From: a bacterium
GTDB taxonomy: Bacteria > Zhuqueibacterota > Zhuqueibacteria > Residuimicrobiales > Krinioviventaceae
Assembly: GCA_963675755.2 (NCBI GenBank)
Contig: CAXXMD010000003.1
Span: 3,200,001 to 3,264,000 of the forward strand
DNA: 64,000 bases
Direction of reading: 5' to 3'
Part shown: in pieces, positions 27,842 to 37,388 of the stretch
Numbering within the stretch: position 1 is the stretch's first letter
How the letters are laid out: the number at the start of each line of letters is the position of its first letter
Made by a program: the position numbers and the translations under genes
The notes under the pieces: generated by a model
Database searches by the model: none
Told to the model about the DNA's origin: nothing
The model's input: only the letters and a program-made list of their open reading frames with translations

Positions 27842-28813
27842 ATGAAAACAGCATTGGTGTGCGGAGCCGGCGGATTTATTGGCGGGCATTTGGTAAAACG
27901 GTTGAAACGAGAAGGCTATTGGGTACGCGGCGTTGATCTCAAATATCCCGAGTTTGATGAAACCGCAGCAGACGATTTTATCATTGGCGATTTACGCGAT
28001 TTTGATACCTGCCGCTATGCCGTCGATCAAAAATTTGACGAAGTGTATCAGCTAGCTGCCGATATGGGCGGTGCCGGATTTGTCTTTACCGGTGAAAATG
28101 ACGCGGATATAATGCACAACTCTGCACTGATTAATTTGAACATTCTTGATGCATGTCACAAACGCAATGTCAAAAAAGTGTTTTATTCATCATCGGCGTG
28201 CATCTATCCGGAGCATAATCAGCTTGATCCGGATAACCCCAACTGCACTGAGGCGTCGGCATATCCTGCAAATCCGGATAGCGAGTATGGCTGGGAAAAA
28301 TTGTTCAGTGAACGGTTGTATTTTTCTTTTTATCGTAACTATGGTATTGAGGTGAGGGTAGCGCGTTTCCACAATATTTTTGGTCCTTTGGGAACCTGGC
28401 AGGGTGGCCGCGAAAAAGCTCCTGCTGCATTTTGCCGCAAAGTAGCCATGACCCCGGATGGTGGTGAGATGGAGATGTGGGGAGATGGAGTGCAAACCCG
28501 TTCGTTTTTGTATGTTGACGAATGTCTTGAAGGTGTAAGGCGCCTGATGGAATCGGATTTTATTGGTCCGGTAAACATTGGTTCCGAAGAAATGGTATCG
28601 ATCAATCAACTGGCAGCAATGGTTATGGAAATAGCGGGTAAGCAATTGAGTGTTAAACATATTCCGGGTCCGCAAGGTGTGCGTGGCCGTAACTCGGACA
28701 ACCAGTTAATTTTTGAAAAATTGGGATGGAAACCTGACGCTCCGTTAAAAGAGGGTTTGCGTGAAACCTACAAGTGGATTGATGCTCAGGTGAAATCATC
28801 CAAACTCCTATAA
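27842..28813 (+). CDS. GDP-mannose 3,5-epimerase-like NAD-dependent epimerase
   Basis: GAGGFIG, LAADMGG, FYSSSACIYP (catalytic Cys), YGWEK, GGREKAPAAFCRK (catalytic Lys), GVRGRNSDN. These are the motifs of plant-type GME. Confidence 0.8.
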   Translation: MKTALVCGAGGFIGGHLVKRLKREGYWVRGVDLKYPEFDETAADDFIIGDLRDFDTCRYAVDQKFDEVYQLAADMGGAGFVFTGENDADIMHNSALINLNILDACHKRNVKKVFYSSSACIYPEHNQLDPDNPNCTEASAYPANPDSEYGWEKLFSERLYFSFYRNYGIEVRVARFHNIFGPLGTWQGGREKAPAAFCRKVAMTPDGGEMEMWGDGVQTRSFLYVDECLEGVRRLMESDFIGPVNIGSEEMVSINQLAAMVMEIAGKQLSVKHIPGPQGVRGRNSDNQLIFEKLGWKPDAPLKEGLRETYKWIDAQVKSSKLL

Positions 28814-28835
28814 ATAGGGTATAGGGGAGGAATGT

Positions 28836-30260
28836 ATGTTAAAAAAGAACTGGGCTTTTATATATACGGTTATTGTTTTTCTATTCGATATTACGTTGTT
28901 TAATCTGGCATTTAGATTTGCTATCTATTTGCGTTTCCCGGATCTTAAAGACATATCCATGTATTATGATCCCTGGGTGTTTGTAAATATTATTTTTGTT
29001 GTACTAATAATATCTTTGGGGGTTTATCGTGATTTTATGCAAAACACTCGGGATGTAAATGTACTGAATCAACGCAAACTCGCTTTTTATCTTGCCCTAA
29101 TTACAATGTCAGCATTGTTTCTGGTAAAAGGGCACGAGTATTCTCGTGCTGTTATTGTTATCTTTATATTGACTCAATACTTTTTAATAGACTTTGGTAA
29201 CGCTGTTTTATTGAATCTGAACAAGCGGTTATTGTCGAAAGGATTTGGAAAGCGTAATACAGTCATTGTGGGTGTCGATGAAATGGCCAAAGAGTTTGGT
29301 GAAAAACTCAAAAATATTTTTGGGGATTATTATCATATCATCGGCCACATGGAGAACGGTAGGTTGACCGAGCCTGATCCTACGTTAGAGGATGTTACAA
29401 TAGGAAAGTTGGAAAACCTGGAAAATATGTATAATGATTTAAATATTGAACAAATTTTTATTGTATCATCATCAATGTCCTTTCTGAAATATGAAAAAGT
29501 ACGTCAATTTTGTCAAAGTAAAAATATAAAGCTTAAAATGGTTTCCCATATTATTTATGATTTAATGGGCAATGCCAAAGTCAAGGATGTTACAGGTGTA
29601 CCATTATCTACAATTCAGGGACGATATCGTTTTGAGAAATTTCAGTGTATTACAAAGAGAACTCTGGATTTGGTATTGTTAGCTTTATCAAGTGTGATTC
29701 TGTTGCCTGTTGGTTTTATAATTGCATTGCTGATTAGACTTACCTCAAATGGTCCTGTTTTTTTTAAACAAAGACGTGCATTATACAAGGGCGGAAAAGA
29801 GTTTTTGTTTTACAAATTTCGAACAATGTATAATAACGCAGATGAGATTAAAGAGAAATTGTTAAAAGAAAATGAAAGTAATGGCGCCTTGTTCAAGATG
29901 AAAAATGATCCTCGCATTACACCTGTGGGACGTTTTTTGAGGAAATACAGCCTGGATGAAATTCCCCAATTTATAAATGTGTTAAAAGGGGACATGAGTA
30001 TTGTAGGCCCCAGACCATTACCTTTAAAAGATTTTAATATGATCAAAAATGATAAAATAAATTATGATTGGTATGAGAAACGAGGAGAAACAAAACCGGG
30101 GATAACCGGTTTGTGGCAAATTTCAGGACGTAGTGATTTGACATTTGAAGAAATGTGTTTGCTGGATCTTTATTATATTGAAAATAAATCAGTATTTTTT
30201 GATCTTGAAATCATGTTTGAAACTGTTCCTGTAGTTTTGTTTGGTAAAGGTGCATATTGA
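28836..30260 (+). CDS. Undecaprenyl-phosphate sugar-1-phosphate transferase (WcaJ/WbaP-like initiating PGT)
   Basis: [51 protein letters not shown]. Confidence 0.93.
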   Translation: MLKKNWAFIYTVIVFLFDITLFNLAFRFAIYLRFPDLKDISMYYDPWVFVNIIFVVLIISLGVYRDFMQNTRDVNVLNQRKLAFYLALITMSALFLVKGHEYSRAVIVIFILTQYFLIDFGNAVLLNLNKRLLSKGFGKRNTVIVGVDEMAKEFGEKLKNIFGDYYHIIGHMENGRLTEPDPTLEDVTIGKLENLENMYNDLNIEQIFIVSSSMSFLKYEKVRQFCQSKNIKLKMVSHIIYDLMGNAKVKDVTGVPLSTIQGRYRFEKFQCITKRTLDLVLLALSSVILLPVGFIIALLIRLTSNGPVFFKQRRALYKGGKEFLFYKFRTMYNNADEIKEKLLKENESNGALFKMKNDPRITPVGRFLRKYSLDEIPQFINVLKGDMSIVGPRPLPLKDFNMIKNDKINYDWYEKRGETKPGITGLWQISGRSDLTFEEMCLLDLYYIENKSVFFDLEIMFETVPVVLFGKGAY

Positions 30261-31236
30261 TTTATTCAGAGAAGGACAAATGAAAGATTATTTGAAAAAG
30301 AAAGTTTTGGTTACGGGTGGGGCTGGATTTTTAGGAAGTCATCTTTGTGAACGGTTACTCAAAGAAGGTAATGAAGTTGTTTGTGTAGATAATTATTATA
30401 CCGGTACCAAAAATAATATAATAAAGATTATTGATGATCCTTATTTTGAGCTAATCCGGCATGATATTACATTTCCGGTATATCTTGAAGTGGATGAAAT
30501 TTATAATCTTGCTTGTCCTGCCTCTCCAATTCATTATCAAAGAGATCCGGTTCAAACAACAAAAACATCCGTTCATGGCGCTATCAATTTGTTAGGTTTG
30601 GCAAAACGACTCAAGATAAAAATATTGCAGGCATCTACCAGTGAAGTTTATGGTGATCCTGCTGAACATCCACAAAAAGAATCATATTGGGGAAATGTAA
30701 ATCCAATCGGATTTCGTTCGTGTTACGATGAAGGTAAAAGATGTGCGGAAACCTTGTTTTTTGATTATCACAGACAGCATAATCTGCCAATCAAGGTTAT
30801 TCGTATCTTTAATACATATGGTCCAAGAATGCATCCGAATGATGGGCGAGTAGTCAGCAATTTTATCATGCAAGCTTTACAAAACAAAGATATAACGATT
30901 TATGGAGACGGCAGCCAAACCCGATCTTTCTGTTATGTTGATGATTTGATAGATGGAATGATCAAGATGATGGCTTCGTCAAAGGATTTTACCGGCCCTG
31001 TAAACCTTGGAAATCCCCACGAGTCTACAATTCTAGAGATTGCGCAATTGATCGTCGAGTTGACGAATTCAAAATCCAAAATTATTTTTCAGGAGCTTCC
31101 TGCTGATGATCCTGTAATGCGCAAACCTGATATATCTCTTGCTAAGGATAAATTAAATTGGCAGCCATCAGTTGAATTGGTTGATGGATTGGAAAAAACA
31201 ATCAACTATTTTGAAAGTCTTGTTGCAAACAAATAA
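30241..31236 (+). CDS. UDP-glucuronate decarboxylase (UDP-xylose synthase); likely start ATG 30280
   Basis: [48 protein letters not shown]. Confidence 0.92.
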   Translation: MVKVHIDLFREGQMKDYLKKKVLVTGGAGFLGSHLCERLLKEGNEVVCVDNYYTGTKNNIIKIIDDPYFELIRHDITFPVYLEVDEIYNLACPASPIHYQRDPVQTTKTSVHGAINLLGLAKRLKIKILQASTSEVYGDPAEHPQKESYWGNVNPIGFRSCYDEGKRCAETLFFDYHRQHNLPIKVIRIFNTYGPRMHPNDGRVVSNFIMQALQNKDITIYGDGSQTRSFCYVDDLIDGMIKMMASSKDFTGPVNLGNPHESTILEIAQLIVELTNSKSKIIFQELPADDPVMRKPDISLAKDKLNWQPSVELVDGLEKTINYFESLVANK

Positions 31237-31250
31237 ATTTTGGATATTCA

Positions 31251-32810
31251 ATGAACCGTCTATTTTTCTTAATATTATCATTCCTGTTTTTAAATATTAA
31301 TTTATTTGCAATGTCATCAGAAACATTGCCTACCCATCATTGGACATATGAGCTGATTTCAGAATTCCAGGCTAGAGGTTATTTTCTGGAATTGTCTCAA
31401 ATGACTTTGCCCTATTCTCGAGGAGATGTAGCTAATGCAATTCTGAACAATAAAGAAGATATCAAAGACTTGAAATTGTATCAGAGTTGGATGACTGAGC
31501 TTGAAAATGAATTTGAACAGGAAATTGAAGAAATTACGACTCATTCATTGAAAAATGAAAATAGATTGGTACTCCGCTCTAAAGTAAATGCACACCTTGA
31601 CAATAACTCTATAGATACAAAATATAAGGGGATTTATAGAGGGGGTGTTGGCGTTAATTTTACTGAAAATATATTTGCATTTAGTGGTGTGAATTTTAAT
31701 CAATATGATTTGGATGATCCGGAATATGCTGGTTATGAATGGCGGGGGATTACAGGATACACAGAGCAGGCTTTTATATCTTTTCAGAATAAAAGATTTT
31801 TACTAAAACTGGGAAGAGACTATTTGCGTTGGGGAACTGGTAAAAACGGGACCTTGGTTATGTCAAATATTGCCAGACCGTTAGATCAGATCTTTGGTGA
31901 TGCAAAGTTTGGACCTTTCAAATTCAGTTTTTTTACATCTGAATTGGATCAATACGGCTCTATCTATATTCAAGATGCAAAAATACCAATTCGAAGGTTT
32001 TTATCCGGTCATCGATTGGATCTCGTATTGTTTAAGGGAAAATTACAAGCATCCGTTTCTGAACTTATGTTATATGGTGGACAAGATAAAACCTTTGATG
32101 TTGTATATAGTAATCCATTTGTATTCTGGCACGGTGCAAATTATAATAATAAAAGTAATTCAGGTAATGTATTGCCTACAGTTGATGTGTTGTATTATCC
32201 TGCAATCAACTGGAAACTGTATGGTTCGCTATTAATTGACGATATTCAAATCGAAAAAACGGGACCTGGAGACCTGGAACCCAATGAAATAGGATTTATT
32301 GCCGGAACTGAATATGCTGTGCCATTGAGCTTTTCGGGTATGACAATAAATGCAGAATATACCAGAGTTGCAAATCGTACATATAAAACTCCCAACCCTA
32401 TGGAAACTTTTGTTCATCGTAATGTGCCATTGGGACATCCACTGGGAAATGATTTTGAACAATTTAATTTGGGTGTCAGGTACTGGTTTAGTTCATATTT
32501 CAGAACAGAGCTTGATTATTTTTATACTAAAAATGGAGAAGGAAGTATTTATTCACTCTGGGATGAACCGTGGATGGATTATACCGTTGATGAAGGGTAT
32601 GATGAACCTTTTCCTACTGGAACAGTTGAAAAAAATAACAGTCTAAGAATTAGAGCAATGTGGTATTATAAATCCTGGGCAAGGTTGAACATGGAATTGT
32701 TATCCAGTTCAATTAAAAATAAAGCAAATGTTTCCGGTGATAATGATACATCGTTTCAATGGGTTATGAGTGTAGAGTTGAATTATGACTATATCTTTAA
32801 TCTTAAATAA
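31251..32810 (+). CDS. wzi: Capsule assembly outer-membrane protein, Wzi family
   Basis: Signal peptide; PYSRGDVA helical N-domain; LGRDYLRWGTG..GTLVMS; LSGHRLD; located at the end of the capsule locus. Confidence 0.8.
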   Translation: MNRLFFLILSFLFLNINLFAMSSETLPTHHWTYELISEFQARGYFLELSQMTLPYSRGDVANAILNNKEDIKDLKLYQSWMTELENEFEQEIEEITTHSLKNENRLVLRSKVNAHLDNNSIDTKYKGIYRGGVGVNFTENIFAFSGVNFNQYDLDDPEYAGYEWRGITGYTEQAFISFQNKRFLLKLGRDYLRWGTGKNGTLVMSNIARPLDQIFGDAKFGPFKFSFFTSELDQYGSIYIQDAKIPIRRFLSGHRLDLVLFKGKLQASVSELMLYGGQDKTFDVVYSNPFVFWHGANYNNKSNSGNVLPTVDVLYYPAINWKLYGSLLIDDIQIEKTGPGDLEPNEIGFIAGTEYAVPLSFSGMTINAEYTRVANRTYKTPNPMETFVHRNVPLGHPLGNDFEQFNLGVRYWFSSYFRTELDYFYTKNGEGSIYSLWDEPWMDYTVDEGYDEPFPTGTVEKNNSLRIRAMWYYKSWARLNMELLSSSIKNKANVSGDNDTSFQWVMSVELNYDYIFNLK

Positions 32811-32832
32811 TTATTAATCCTCTACTTTATTA

Positions 32833-33906
32833 TCATGCTAACAATTTTATCCTTGTAAAAATATAATCCAGATAATCTTCGTTTAGGACAAGTCTATAAA
32901 AACCTGAATCGTTTAATTGCTGTGGTTCATGCGGATTATATTCCAGATATTTTTTGTGCTTGTGTATATTAAACCAATAAATAAGATATATTTTCCCATC
33001 CTGGATTTCAATATTACTAATTCCTCTTTTGCCTATTGCACACCCGGTATTAAACAAGCAGGGAATGATCATATCGTTATTGTACAAGCTGCTCCGATTC
33101 CCTAACTTTTTATTATTGGTGTTGAAAAAATCCAGTTCTTTTTTTAAACGTATGATTTCATCGTGAATATATTTCTTTTTTTCTTCATCTGCATTTGGGT
33201 ACCCCCGAATCAGATTCTCCATTTCGAATTTTATGAAATCCAGTTTTGATAAAGATTCAAACAAAGGGCGATGGGTGTGTCCTATAATAGTCATGAGTTT
33301 GTTTTTGGTGGAAAAGTTGTATACTTTTTTTTCAACCTTGAATCTTCTTTTGCTATCATAAGCTGTAGAACGGTTAGTGATTCCAAGGGGCTTTACAAAA
33401 TAACGCAGCATAAATCCAAAAATCATATTAAACTTGTCTATCATATGAGAAGCCTGGTGCCCGTGTATAATGAATATTTTATTTTTCCCATATTTAAGAA
33501 CCAGAGCTGGTAACAAATCCTTGTTGAGTTTTTCATATTTCATAAACAAGTCATAGTCGTGATTGCCTACAATCTTGAAAAGTTGATTTCTATTTTTAAA
33601 TTCTTTGAAAATGCGATATATCTTTTTCCATCTCTTTATAATGATAGATAAAGGGAATTTTTGTAGCTCTTCAATATCGCCATTGAGGATCAATGTGTAA
33701 TTGTTTTTTAGATAGTAATCTTGAAGGACGGTTCTGAATAATCTTGCATTCTTTTTAAAGTCATCTTTAGAGCCGCCATCACCTAAATGCAGATCACTGA
33801 ATATTGCAATTTTTTCGTCAGGTTCAGGAGTATACTCTTTTGCTTCTTTTAATAGTTTATATAAATTTTCCTCAATTAGCTGTACTCTTTTTTTATATTT
33901 TAACAT
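32833..33906 (-). CDS. Calcineurin-like metallophosphoesterase
   Basis: SDLHLGDG, NGDIEE, GNHD, HGH and GHTH motifs, with a helical insert. Confidence 0.85.
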   Translation of the reverse strand: MLKYKKRVQLIEENLYKLLKEAKEYTPEPDEKIAIFSDLHLGDGGSKDDFKKNARLFRTVLQDYYLKNNYTLILNGDIEELQKFPLSIIIKRWKKIYRIFKEFKNRNQLFKIVGNHDYDLFMKYEKLNKDLLPALVLKYGKNKIFIIHGHQASHMIDKFNMIFGFMLRYFVKPLGITNRSTAYDSKRRFKVEKKVYNFSTKNKLMTIIGHTHRPLFESLSKLDFIKFEMENLIRGYPNADEEKKKYIHDEIIRLKKELDFFNTNNKKLGNRSSLYNNDMIIPCLFNTGCAIGKRGISNIEIQDGKIYLIYWFNIHKHKKYLEYNPHEPQQLNDSGFYRLVLNEDYLDYIFTRIKLLA

Positions 33907-34171
33907 AATACATCCAACTTTACATATACTTGATTTTAAATTTATAAAGAACTTTTATTAATTTCAAATTAAATATATGTTATCAAGTATATATTATATT
34001 TGGTAATGGATAGGTTGATACGTTATTTTCATATTTACTTGAATGATTCATGATGTTTTATTCAGCAAGAAATCTCTATTCTATCAATATGGTAAGATAA
34101 AAATGACTAGTCTGAAATCCTAATATATGTGTGATGATCATCAAAAATATAATTAATGTAGATTTGGGTGA

Positions 34172-34269
34172 TATGGTACAATGTTGTACGTATGGGTACA
34201 ATTGATCAATGGTTGATTTCCTGTAACTCTAATAAAAATAGTAGTCACTGTTTTTGGCATCGGATTTGT
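34172..34269 (+). promoter_or_regulatory. Putative sigma54 promoter with tandem upstream activator sites
   Basis: TGGCAT-CGGAT-TTGT at 34255-34269 (-24/-12 spacing, with GC changed to GT). Palindrome GTACAA-tg-TTGTAC at 34176-34189. Repeat GTACAAT 20 bp later. Confidence 0.5.
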
Positions 34270-34315
34270 CGTTTTAGTGATTGATATTAAAAATTAAAGT
34301 GTTTGGGAGGTTCAA

Positions 34316-34837
34316 ATGAAAAAGTCGATAATGTTCTTACTGGTTGCCTTGTTTGCAGGCTGCTCACCTTATCATGTGAAAACAGATTATAATCCAGAAG
34401 TAGATTTTAGTGCTTATAAATCTTTCAACTGGATAAAACCAAAACCAAATTCACGCAAATCAAAACCCTATCAAACATTGCATGAGCAACGTATTAAAGC
34501 TGCAATTGCAAAAGAGTTTACAACAAAAGGGTATAAATTCGCTGATACTGACAAACCAGATTTGTTGTTAGCTTTTCATATTGCCACTCTAAACAAATTG
34601 GATGTAACTCATTTTGGCTACAGACCCGGACGCTGGGGGTATCGTGGCCCTGGATATACAACTGTTCACAAGTATAAAGAAGGTACTTTTATATTGGATA
34701 TAGTTGATCCTGTAGAAAAAGTGATGATCTGGCGAGGAGCTGTCTCTGGTATTGTATTGAATCAAAATAGTGATGATAACGATATTGCAGAGATTGTTAA
34801 AAAATTACTGGAAAAATACCCTCCAGATTTGGAATAA
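34316..34837 (+). CDS. DUF4136-family lipoprotein
   Basis: Lipobox FAGC; DYNPEVDFSAYKSF, YKEGTFILDIVD, IWRG. Confidence 0.8.
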   Translation: MKKSIMFLLVALFAGCSPYHVKTDYNPEVDFSAYKSFNWIKPKPNSRKSKPYQTLHEQRIKAAIAKEFTTKGYKFADTDKPDLLLAFHIATLNKLDVTHFGYRPGRWGYRGPGYTTVHKYKEGTFILDIVDPVEKVMIWRGAVSGIVLNQNSDDNDIAEIVKKLLEKYPPDLE

Positions 34838-34984
34838 AAAAATAGAATTACGGGTTTTGTTTTTGATTGAAATACCCTGTACAAAAACTAATTTAAAATT
34901 TTAACTATATCCTGATATTAAAAATATCAGATCATGAATATTTTTTTTGAGATTTTTATAAATAACTTGAATGTTGATTTGATA

Positions 34985-34993
34985 TGTTATAAT
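34985..34993 (+). promoter_or_regulatory. Extended -10 promoter element for the DUF4332 operon
   Basis: TGtTATAAT, about 55 bp before ATG 35049, which has a strong RBS GGAGG. Confidence 0.45.
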
Positions 34994-35048
34994 TTGTTAT
35001 GTACAGGATTAATTAGTATGATTTGAAAATGAAACCTGGAGGCGAAAC

Positions 35049-35462
35049 ATGGCTAACTACAAAATTAGTGACATTGAAGGCATTGGACCTGCTTATGCAG
35101 AAAAATTACAAAAAGTTGGTGTCCGTACTGTAAATGCTTTGTTAAAAAAAGGTGCAACTCGTAAAGGACGCGGTGAATTGGCCGAAAGCAGTGGTATTGA
35201 TGAAACCTATATTTTGAAATGGGTAAATATGGCTGATTTGTATCGTATCAATGGAGTTGGCAGTGAATATGCAGAATTGCTTGAAAAAGCAGGTGTAGAT
35301 ACTGTAAAAGAATTAAGAAACCGCAAACCAGAAAATCTTTATGAAAAGATGAAAGAAGTTAATTCTGAAAAACGTGCTCTAGTACGGGTTTTACCAGGCT
35401 TGAAAAAAGTACAGGGATGGGTTGAAGAAGCTAAAAAACTTGATCCTGTTGTTACTTATTAA
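35049..35462 (+). CDS. DUF4332 protein with two helix-hairpin-helix motifs
   Basis: ISDIEGIGPAYAEKL; ADLYRINGVGSEYAELLEKAGVDTVKEL. Confidence 0.85.
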   Translation: MANYKISDIEGIGPAYAEKLQKVGVRTVNALLKKGATRKGRGELAESSGIDETYILKWVNMADLYRINGVGSEYAELLEKAGVDTVKELRNRKPENLYEKMKEVNSEKRALVRVLPGLKKVQGWVEEAKKLDPVVTY

Positions 35463-35477
35463 GAAAAGGAAGTTAAA

Positions 35478-35912
35478 ATGGGAATGTTTGATTTTCTTAA
35501 AGATGTTGGTGCCAATCTTTTTGGTAAGGGCAATGAAGCCGAAAAAGTTAAAGAACTTTTGGATAAAGAATTGGGTAGTTCTATAACCAACCTGACAACA
35601 GCATTTGATGATGGTGTTGTTACCTTGACCGGAGAATGTGATACCCTGGCAACAAAAGAAAAAGCTGTTCTTCTTGCTGGAAATATCAAAGGTGTTGAAA
35701 AAGTTGTAGATGATCAGCTAACTGCACCACCTGCAGAAGAAGAAACAGAATTCTATACAATAAAATCAGGTGATACTTTGTCAAAAATTGCAAAATCATA
35801 TTATGGTAATGCAATGAAATACCCGGTAATTTTTGAAGCGAACCGGGAAGTAATTAAAGATGCGGATTTAATTTATCCGGGACAAACCATACGAATCCCT
35901 AAATTGGGATAA
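35478..35912 (+). CDS. BON + LysM protein (Kbp/YgaU-like)
   Basis: MGMFDFLKDVGANLFG; KEKAVLLAGNIKGV; YTIKSGDTLSKIAK...IFEANR...LIYPGQTIRIP; no signal peptide. Confidence 0.9.
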   Translation: MGMFDFLKDVGANLFGKGNEAEKVKELLDKELGSSITNLTTAFDDGVVTLTGECDTLATKEKAVLLAGNIKGVEKVVDDQLTAPPAEEETEFYTIKSGDTLSKIAKSYYGNAMKYPVIFEANREVIKDADLIYPGQTIRIPKLG

Positions 35913-35928
35913 ACGAAAAGAGGGAAAA

Positions 35929-36513
35929 ATGTCAGGTTTTATTGACGAATTGATGGAATCTTTTGGACCTGAAATTTCTAAACAACTAAATAATAATCTG
36001 GGTATTAATACCAAAACAGCCCAACAACTCATTCCACAAGTTGCACCATTAATATTGAGTGGTCTTCGTAAACAAAAAGATGAATTCGGCGGAGAGGCTC
36101 GTGTTGATCATATATTAAATAAATATGGTAGCGCAAGCGTGCTTGATAATATTGGTGAGCTTTTTGCCGATAAATCCAAGGATGACAATCCTGATCCCAA
36201 ACTGGGTGGATTATTGGGCGACTCTGGAGTTCAAGCTGCTGATTTATTGTCAAAACAATTTAATCTGTCTGGTGATTTGGCCGCCAAAGTGATACCCATG
36301 CTTGCACCTGTGATATTGGGTGCCTTGACTCAAAAACGGGACAGTGGTGCAGGATCAAATGGAATTGCATCTTTACTTGATCAGGATGGTGATGGAAGTA
36401 TTTTGGATGACGTTGCCAGCTTTATGATTCAAGGTCTTGGAAGCTCAGGCACTTCAAGCTCTAAAAATGTTTTGGGCGGATTGCTAGGTGGTTTATTCGG
36501 TAAAAAAAGATAA
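35929..36513 (+). CDS. DUF937-family protein
   Basis: Gly/Leu-rich helical repeats; LLDQDGDGSILDD; GGLLGGLFG tail. Confidence 0.75.
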   Translation: MSGFIDELMESFGPEISKQLNNNLGINTKTAQQLIPQVAPLILSGLRKQKDEFGGEARVDHILNKYGSASVLDNIGELFADKSKDDNPDPKLGGLLGDSGVQAADLLSKQFNLSGDLAAKVIPMLAPVILGALTQKRDSGAGSNGIASLLDQDGDGSILDDVASFMIQGLGSSGTSSSKNVLGGLLGGLFGKKR

Positions 36514-36519
36514 GATATA

Positions 36520-37350
36520 ATGATAGCTAACCAGATCAAAACAGTATTATTGATGACTGTTTTAACACTGTTGCTGATTTGGGTTGGAAATTTATTAGGC
36601 GGTCCGGAGGGTGCCTTTATTGCATTCCTGCTGGCCGCCGCTTTAAATTTTTACTCATATTGGTTCAGTGATAAAATGGTATTGAAACAATATAGGGCAA
36701 TTGAAGTAGATGCTTCTAATCATCCCAGACTCTATGGAATTGTTTCAAGATTGGTGGAAAATGCCAATTTACCCTTGCCAAAAATTTATTTAATTCCAGA
36801 AAAAAATCCGAATGCATTTGCTACTGGTCGTAATCCTAAACATGCTGCTGTTGCAGCTACTGAAGGTATATTGCAACTTCTTGACGATGATGAACTTGAG
36901 GGGGTTATGGCTCATGAACTTGCTCATGTGAAACATCGGGATATTTTGACCGGAACAATTGCAGCAACATTTGCCGGAGCCATTGCAATGTTGGGGCAAA
37001 TGGGACGCTATAGTAGTGGACGAAACAGAAACCGGTCTAACCCGGTTCTTTTGTTGATTTTAATTATTGGTGCCCCTCTTGCTGCCATGATTGTAAGAAT
37101 GAGTATATCCAGAGTGCGAGAATACTCGGCCGATAAAGGTGGTGCTGAAATTTGTGGTAAGCCCCTGGCGTTAGCAAATGCATTGCACAAATTAAAGCAT
37201 GGAGTGGCTAAATACCCATTAACACGTGGAAATCCTGCACATTCACATATGTTTATTGTTAATCCTTTCCTGGGTAATTTACAAAATCTTTTAACAACAC
37301 ATCCCCCTATTGAAGAAAGAATTGCAAAACTCGAACAAATGACAGTTTAA
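36520..37350 (+). CDS. htpX: Zinc metalloprotease HtpX (M48)
   Basis: PNAFATGRNP, HELAH, SRVREYSAD, THPPIEERI. Confidence 0.93.
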   Translation: MIANQIKTVLLMTVLTLLLIWVGNLLGGPEGAFIAFLLAAALNFYSYWFSDKMVLKQYRAIEVDASNHPRLYGIVSRLVENANLPLPKIYLIPEKNPNAFATGRNPKHAAVAATEGILQLLDDDELEGVMAHELAHVKHRDILTGTIAATFAGAIAMLGQMGRYSSGRNRNRSNPVLLLILIIGAPLAAMIVRMSISRVREYSADKGGAEICGKPLALANALHKLKHGVAKYPLTRGNPAHSHMFIVNPFLGNLQNLLTTHPPIEERIAKLEQMTV

Positions 37351-37388
37351 TCTGATTTTATGATATTGATGCTATACGGAGGTATGCA

